Source: Pseudomonadota bacterium
GTDB taxonomy: Bacteria; Bdellovibrionota_G; JALEGL01; DATDPG01
Direction of reading: 5' to 3'
Assembly: GCA_043809315.1 (NCBI GenBank)
Contig: JAZDDX010000012.1
Span: forward strand, 1-43,796
Length of the DNA: 43,796 nucleotides
In this document: one piece after another, positions 38,634-43,796 of the stretch
How the letters are laid out: each line of letters starts with the position of its first letter
How positions within the stretch are numbered: the first letter of the stretch is position 1
Translations under genes and position numbers: made by a program
The notes under the pieces: model-generated
The model's input: only the letters and a program-made list of their open reading frames with translations
What the model was told of the DNA's origin: nothing
Databases searched by the model: none

Positions 38634-41611
38634 TCGATCTCCTCCAGCGCGGAAAGGGAGGCGACGGCGCCGGTGACCCCCTTCCGTTCAAAGATTCGAA
38701 GGACCAGCCGGCCGCAGATCGTCGAAAAATCACAGGCCCGGCAATGCTCGCGCCCCTCCCCGGGGAAAGGGGGAAAGAGACCGGAGCGGACGCCGTGTAA
38801 AACGGTCGAGAGAATCGTCTGGAATTCGGTCTGGCGGGCGGCGAGGGTGGCGCCGGAGAAATGTACTCGCCGGAACCCGGCCCCGTACGACGTCGACAGA
38901 AGAACCGCCTCGCTTTGCGCGAGGTCGACCTCGGGATAAAGCGCGGGCAAAGCCGACAGATAAACCGGCAGCTGCACCCCCTTGCCACGGTCGAACATCT
39001 CGTCCTTTTGCCGTTTCAGATCCCCGGTCTTGTAGTCGACGATCCGGGCCCGGCGCCGTTCAGGGGAGAGGTCGATCCGGTCGATCCTCCCTCGGAGGGC
39101 CAGCCGCTCCTTCCCGACCGTGATTTCGACCCGGTGTCCCTCCCCCGCCCGATCGGTGCCGAACGGAACCTCGAACGCCTCGGGGCGGAAGTTGGATGCC
39201 TCGCGAATCTCCGCGTCGAGAAGAGCCCGGAGATCGGAGAGGAGGAACGCTCGCTCGGTTCCCCAGAGGAGGCTGGGCCCCAGGGGGAGCTTGGTTTCGA
39301 GATCGACAAAGACCTCCTCGGCGATCCGGAACAGAGTTTGGTCGATCTCCCGGCGGTTCTCCTCGCGAAGCGGAAGAAGGTCCGATCGTTTCAAATCGAC
39401 GAAAAGACGATGGAGAATTTCGTGGAGAATCCTCCCGCGATCGGTCGCACGAAGCTGACGAACGCCGTCGGGGCGGACCAAGAGCCGGAGCCCGATCTTC
39501 TGTTTCAAGAAGAACCGGTAGGGACAGGTGGCGTAATCGGACAGGTCGGTCGCGGAAAAGACCGGAACCTCGCCGCCCTCCGACTCGGGCGCGATGACAC
39601 CGTCATACGCCCCCCACGAGGGGGATCCGACTTTCTCCCGCATCCAGGCCAAAGCCGAAATCGCGAGCGGGGTCCAGGCAACGAGCTCGCGGAGAGCCGC
39701 CGAGCGATCGGCAACGACCCGGGCGGCGACCGAGCTTCCGAGCCAATCTTCCTCGTCGAGCCAGATGTCGGCAACCTCGCGTTGCCATGAGAGGCGGGGA
39801 CGGTCGTCGATCTTCCCTCCGCGACGGACCAGTTCCGAAACAAGCAAGGAGGAGGGGAACCGTTGGCGGTCTTCGGAGGCGGAGCCTCGCGGGTAGGAAG
39901 CTAGGAGCGCGGAAGTCCCTTGAGAAACCATGAGGCCGAAGAGGGCCGTCTCCTCGGCGAGTCGCGCTTCTTTGATCGGGAGCTCGGCCTTTCTCTCTGC
40001 GTTCAACTTTCGGCGCTCGGAGTCGAGGAGAATCGGATCGGGACGGGGCGGGACCGGAAACGACCGCTCGGCCAATCCGGGGATCGCGACGCAATCGAAC
40101 GGGATCGCTCGAACCGGGATCGGAGATCCGAGGTAGAGTCCGGCCCCCTCGAACGAACCGGCCCGCAACCGAGCGTTGGAGAGCCGTTTCTTCAAAATCC
40201 TCCGAGCGGTCGGAAGATCGGGTTCGAGGCCGAGATCTTCGAGATCGGAAAGAGCGAAGCAGGCGTCGGCGACCGCATCGGTTTCGGCATCTTCCGGGGC
40301 GAACGCGCGGACCCAGTCGGCGACGCTCGCGCCGAACGAGCCCCAGCCGGAGAGCACCTCGACGCGCGTCAACGCCGTGAAGTAGGAACGGGCCAGCTTC
40401 AGGAACTTTCGCACCCGCGGATCCCGTTTCCCGAGGACGGAGATCCGGGTCAGGAGCGGCTCGATCCCGGAAGAGACGAACGCCTCACGGCTCCACCGGT
40501 CCCAATCGGCCGAGGTTCCGGTCTCCTCGGCGGCAACGAGCTCTTCGCGGAACGGAAAAGAGGTAAGGAGGCGGATGACTTCCGTTCGGCCCCAATCGGA
40601 ACCGACAAGATCGAGGCCAGCGGCGACCGCCCGTCCGATCCTGGTCTCGGAGAGCGGTTTTCCCCCCTCCCGATAGAAGGGGATCCGGGCACGGTCGAGC
40701 GCCTCGACGAACGCCGGGAGTTGGTCGTCCGGATTCCGGAGGAGAATCGCGATCCGATGCAGCGGGCGACCACGACCTGCCGTAAGTACCCATCGAGCAA
40801 CCTCTTCCGCTTCTGTGTATGGGTCCGATACAGAGACAGCATGTAAATTCGCCGCGAGCTCAGGTCGCGGGACCGCCCCCGGCGGTCCCACCAACCCCTC
40901 AAAGAACCGCAGAGCCTTTTTTGTCGTCTCCGGCGCTCGTTCGGGAACCGGAACCCAAGCTCGTAACGAGATGCGGGACGCCAGCGCAGAGAGAAGGCGA
41001 CGTTGGGTCACCGTCAGGTCGTAGAACCCGTAACAGTAGAGAAGATCCGTTCCGAACCGGGAGCCGAACCGTTCGGCGAAAGAGGCGCTCTCGGCGATCC
41101 GATCGGCGGATGCGGCGAACCTCGGGAAATACCGCTTCCGGTGTTCGGAAAGAAGTTCCGAGAGTTCGCGGAGTTTCCGGCCACCCTTGGGGAGTTCAGT
41201 GACCCCGGCATCGACGAGATCGTGGAACGTCGAACGGAGCGCCCGATGGAACCCTTCTCGTTCCCGGACGTCGAAAAAGAGCGAATCGGAACCGAGCCCC
41301 GCGCAAAGTTTCCCGATCAGGAGTTCCTCCGCCTCCGCGGGGAAATCGCGCCGGCCGGCACGGAGATACTCTTCCCGTGTCAGACGCTCGGCCAGATCGA
41401 CAAACGTCACGAAGCGGACGTTGGCGTGTCCCCCCGTTTTTTCCGCGAGTGCGTGCCGGAGATGAATCCCGAGAAGGTTCGAGCCGACGAGAATGACGCG
41501 GGGTCGGAGAGGGTCGGAGGCGGAGTCCGAACGGAGGGCGGACAGGAACGACTCCTCGAAGCGGTCCGAGAAAGGGCCGGCGAACAACGTTCCCGGCCTA
41601 TTTTCGGTCAA
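38630..41611 (-). CDS. addB: AddB-like inactive helicase / PD-(D/E)xK nuclease with Fe-S cysteines
   Basis: No intact Walker A; CPYRFF and CRACDFSTIC supply four Cys; GRIDRID...VDYKTG nuclease motif; ATGA-coupled to addA. Confidence 0.87.
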   Translation of the reverse strand: MTENRPGTLFAGPFSDRFEESFLSALRSDSASDPLRPRVILVGSNLLGIHLRHALAEKTGGHANVRFVTFVDLAERLTREEYLRAGRRDFPAEAEELLIGKLCAGLGSDSLFFDVREREGFHRALRSTFHDLVDAGVTELPKGGRKLRELSELLSEHRKRYFPRFAASADRIAESASFAERFGSRFGTDLLYCYGFYDLTVTQRRLLSALASRISLRAWVPVPERAPETTKKALRFFEGLVGPPGAVPRPELAANLHAVSVSDPYTEAEEVARWVLTAGRGRPLHRIAILLRNPDDQLPAFVEALDRARIPFYREGGKPLSETRIGRAVAAGLDLVGSDWGRTEVIRLLTSFPFREELVAAEETGTSADWDRWSREAFVSSGIEPLLTRISVLGKRDPRVRKFLKLARSYFTALTRVEVLSGWGSFGASVADWVRAFAPEDAETDAVADACFALSDLEDLGLEPDLPTARRILKKRLSNARLRAGSFEGAGLYLGSPIPVRAIPFDCVAIPGLAERSFPVPPRPDPILLDSERRKLNAERKAELPIKEARLAEETALFGLMVSQGTSALLASYPRGSASEDRQRFPSSLLVSELVRRGGKIDDRPRLSWQREVADIWLDEEDWLGSSVAARVVADRSAALRELVAWTPLAISALAWMREKVGSPSWGAYDGVIAPESEGGEVPVFSATDLSDYATCPYRFFLKQKIGLRLLVRPDGVRQLRATDRGRILHEILHRLFVDLKRSDLLPLREENRREIDQTLFRIAEEVFVDLETKLPLGPSLLWGTERAFLLSDLRALLDAEIREASNFRPEAFEVPFGTDRAGEGHRVEITVGKERLALRGRIDRIDLSPERRRARIVDYKTGDLKRQKDEMFDRGKGVQLPVYLSALPALYPEVDLAQSEAVLLSTSYGAGFRRVHFSGATLAARQTEFQTILSTVLHGVRSGLFPPFPGEGREHCRACDFSTICGRLVLRIFERKGVTGAVASLSALEEIE

Positions 41612-41972
41612 GACTGATCCGCCCGGGGCCGAACGCGACGATCTGCAGGAGGCCGCCGAAGATCGCCAAATTCTTCAGAAGCTGGATCGTTTGCATCCGA
41701 TCCCCCGGATGGAAATGGAAGTAGTAGGTGACCGGGACCAGAAAGGCGGCGAGAAGGAACGCGGCAAACCGCGCGCGGGTTCCCAGCGCGAGAAGAAGTC
41801 CTCCCCCGAGCTCGACGGCGACGGTTGCGTAAAAGAGCCCTCCCGCATACGGGATTCCGACCCCCCCCATCATCTCAACGGTGTGGGCGTGATCGAGAAT
41901 CTTTCCGAACCCGGAAAGAAAGAAGATCGCCGCGATCGAAAGGCGCGCGAGAAGTGCGAGAAACGACGGCAC
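41598..41972 (-). CDS. DoxX family membrane protein
   Basis: R...A.IF..SG.GK, ELGGGLLL.LG..R, KNLAIFGGLL, GPGRISLD. Confidence 0.92.
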   Translation of the reverse strand: MPSFLALLARLSIAAIFFLSGFGKILDHAHTVEMMGGVGIPYAGGLFYATVAVELGGGLLLALGTRARFAAFLLAAFLVPVTYYFHFHPGDRMQTIQLLKNLAIFGGLLQIVAFGPGRISLDRK

Positions 41973-41974
41973 GC

Positions 41975-42472
41975 TCAGAGCTTCCCGGCAAGATCGGAAA
42001 GGATCTTCTCGATTCTCGCCAGAAGGTCCGGCTCCTCCCGCTCCATTTTGAGGATCCGGAGTTTTCCGTTCAGAAGCTCGAGCCTCGAAGGGGTTTCGTT
42101 CTCGGCGAGCTTCATCAGCCGGTCCAGGACCTGGCCGACGAAAGCGGCGTCACGATGGTCGAGAAGGCGCAGAAGGTCGTCCCACTGTTTCGGTAGGCCG
42201 TTCTTTTCGACGTAGGCGGAGGCGCGGATCGAGAAGTTCTTCGGGCTCCCACCCAAGACCTTTTTCCATTCCTCTTCCTGCTCCTTCGACTTCTTTCCCT
42301 GGAAAAATCCCTCGAGCGCCTTCAGGGCGGCCGAATCCTGCCGTTTTTCGAAATCCCGCTTCGGCCGTTCCTCCGCCGGATCGCGGCGGACGTGGAAACT
42401 TCCGTCCCGTCGCTGATCGATCTCGCGCCAGCTCAAACGTTCTTTCGGTTCATCGTCCCGTCGTTCCGGCAT
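41975..42472 (-). CDS. Hypothetical cytoplasmic helical protein, 165 aa
   Basis: Starts MPERRDDEPKERLSWREIDQRRD at ATG 42472 (TGATG overlap); fills the gap between the M48 and DoxX genes. Confidence 0.8.
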   Translation of the reverse strand: MPERRDDEPKERLSWREIDQRRDGSFHVRRDPAEERPKRDFEKRQDSAALKALEGFFQGKKSKEQEEEWKKVLGGSPKNFSIRASAYVEKNGLPKQWDDLLRLLDHRDAAFVGQVLDRLMKLAENETPSRLELLNGKLRILKMEREEPDLLARIEKILSDLAGKL

Positions 42473-43389
42473 CAGAGTTTCACCTGGGTAAAGATCGTCC
42501 CGAACCGGTCTGCCAGAAGCGGGAGCCCCGCTGAGCCCTGAAACTCCGGCTTGGCGAGGACGGTTCTCAAATTGTCGATGCGGACCTGTGTGTCGGGGTG
42601 AGTCTTCGCCCATCCCCGGCTGCCGGTGTGGATGGACGGCTTCAAAACCGTCAGGAAGGCGCGCAGACCGTTCGGATCGTACCCGACGCGGTAGGCGAAG
42701 TCGGTTCCGACGGCATCCGCCTCGAACTCTTTCTCCCGTCCGATCCCGTTCTCGAGAATCATGTTGGTCGCCTCCTTGACGAGGGAGTCGAACATCTTCG
42801 GATCCTTGTCGAGGGCGGTGAGCGTCACCTCGGAGATCCCGGAGAGCGCCTTCGATCTGCGGATCGAGTCGAGGGCATGCTTCCGGGCGACGTGGGCGAT
42901 CTCGTGTCCCAGGACGCCAGCCAACTCCGCCTCGTTCTGAACCAAACGCAAGAGCCCCTTGCTGATGAAGATGTACCCGCCGGGGCAGGCGAAGCCGTTC
43001 GGCTCTTCGGCGTTCAAGATGCCGAAGAAGTACGGGATGTCGGGGCGATCGGAGGTCGACGCGACGGCCGCGCCAACGGTGGCGACATATTTCTCGACTT
43101 CGGGGTTCTCCCAGAGGCCGCCGAAACGGGCGACCGCTTCGAGGGCAACGGCCCCGCCGATCGCAACCTCTTCCTGGTATCCGATCGGCATCAATCCCTG
43201 GAGGGTTTTCAGCCCCCCGAAAATCAGCGACTCGGTTTTGCTCCTCTGGGGCTGTTGTTGCCCGCCGGATGGAGCCTGGGTTGGTTGCGGCTTCGTAATC
43301 CCCCGAAGGAAGCTTTTGAACTGTGCCTCCGACGACGAAGCAAACAGTAAAATCATCACGAGCCCAAGGCCGGGGGCAACGCGCTTCAC
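42472..43389 (-). CDS. Exported M48 family metallopeptidase
   Basis: Signal peptide; PNGFACPGGYIFI, EAELAGVLGHEIAH, EFEAD, THP motifs. Confidence 0.93.
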   Translation of the reverse strand: MKRVAPGLGLVMILLFASSSEAQFKSFLRGITKPQPTQAPSGGQQQPQRSKTESLIFGGLKTLQGLMPIGYQEEVAIGGAVALEAVARFGGLWENPEVEKYVATVGAAVASTSDRPDIPYFFGILNAEEPNGFACPGGYIFISKGLLRLVQNEAELAGVLGHEIAHVARKHALDSIRRSKALSGISEVTLTALDKDPKMFDSLVKEATNMILENGIGREKEFEADAVGTDFAYRVGYDPNGLRAFLTVLKPSIHTGSRGWAKTHPDTQVRIDNLRTVLAKPEFQGSAGLPLLADRFGTIFTQVKL

Positions 43390-43796
43390 TGCACACCCCC
43401 AAACTCGCCCAACTTGCCTGCTTTAAGGAATTGTTCGACCTCGGCCTTGCTCACCTTGATCGACTCCATGTGCTTGACCATCGCGACCTGGGCCGGGCCG
43501 ATCGAAGCGCGCCCGGCATATTTCTCGGAGGTCGGACTCAGGCCGCGCAGGGACGAAGCGGTCGATCCTTCACGGGCCGACGCGCCCCCTCCGCCGAGAC
43601 CGGCCAGAAGCGTCCCGCCGTCAGATGGTTTGGACGTCGCGAGTTTGAATTTGTAGACCCAGCCGGTTTTTCCCGCGGCGCTCCCCTGGACCCAGTTCCC
43701 CTGTTTGGAGACGACATTGACCGCCGTCCCCTTCGAGAGTTGGGCGAGAACTTGGGCGTTGGCGGCGGTCGAGCTTTTGAGCTCGGCGGTCGCCTT
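43386..43796 (-). CDS. Bacterial SH3-domain protein (5' end outside the window)
   Basis: Hand translation: ...AQVLAQLSKGTAVNVVSKQGNWVQGSAAGKTGWVYKFKL...SLRGL...AEVEQFLKAGKLGEFGGVQ*; its TGA overlaps the M48 GTG. Confidence 0.8.
   Translation of the reverse strand, partial: KATAELKSSTAANAQVLAQLSKGTAVNVVSKQGNWVQGSAAGKTGWVYKFKLATSKPSDGGTLLAGLGGGGASAREGSTASSLRGLSPTSEKYAGRASIGPAQVAMVKHMESIKVSKAEVEQFLKAGKLGEFGGVQ

Noticed and set aside
41975-43402. 475-aa ORF as a single gene
   Set aside because: Its first ~310 codons are an alternate frame of the M48 gene; the credible protein starts at ATG 42472.

Overview
Chromosomal replication-origin region of a high-GC bacterium (roughly 60-65% GC by eye). 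Gene content and the split F0 atp cluster suggest Bdellovibrionota or another former deltaproteobacterial lineage; this is inferred. Minus strand: rpmH-rnpA-yidD-yidC-khpB(jag)-mnmE-[LbH acetyltransferase]-mnmG-[HTH/coiled-coil gene where rsmG usually sits]-parA-parB, two orphan exported proteins and a probable bactofilin start. Plus strand: dnaA-oriC-dnaN-recF-gyrB-gyrA. Then an accessory block with two large convergent secreted proteins, each behind a sigma54-type promoter; the first is bracketed by a 28-bp duplication of the gyrA 3' end. Then a TPR lipoprotein, hemL, atpZ-atpI-atpB-atpE, dnaJ (apparent CTG start), a TPR protein and a membrane glycosyltransferase-TPR protein. The right end, on the minus strand, carries SH3 protein-M48 peptidase-hypothetical-DoxX-addB-addA. 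Two intragenic parS sites and a DnaA-box/DnaA-trio unwinding module are directly visible. No rRNA, tRNA, CRISPR array, integrase or transposase was recognised. Best candidates for new biology: the HTH-coiled-coil gene coupled to parA, the gyrA-tail islet with sigma54-driven secreted proteins, and an AT-rich, GATC-free patch inside mnmG next to parS.
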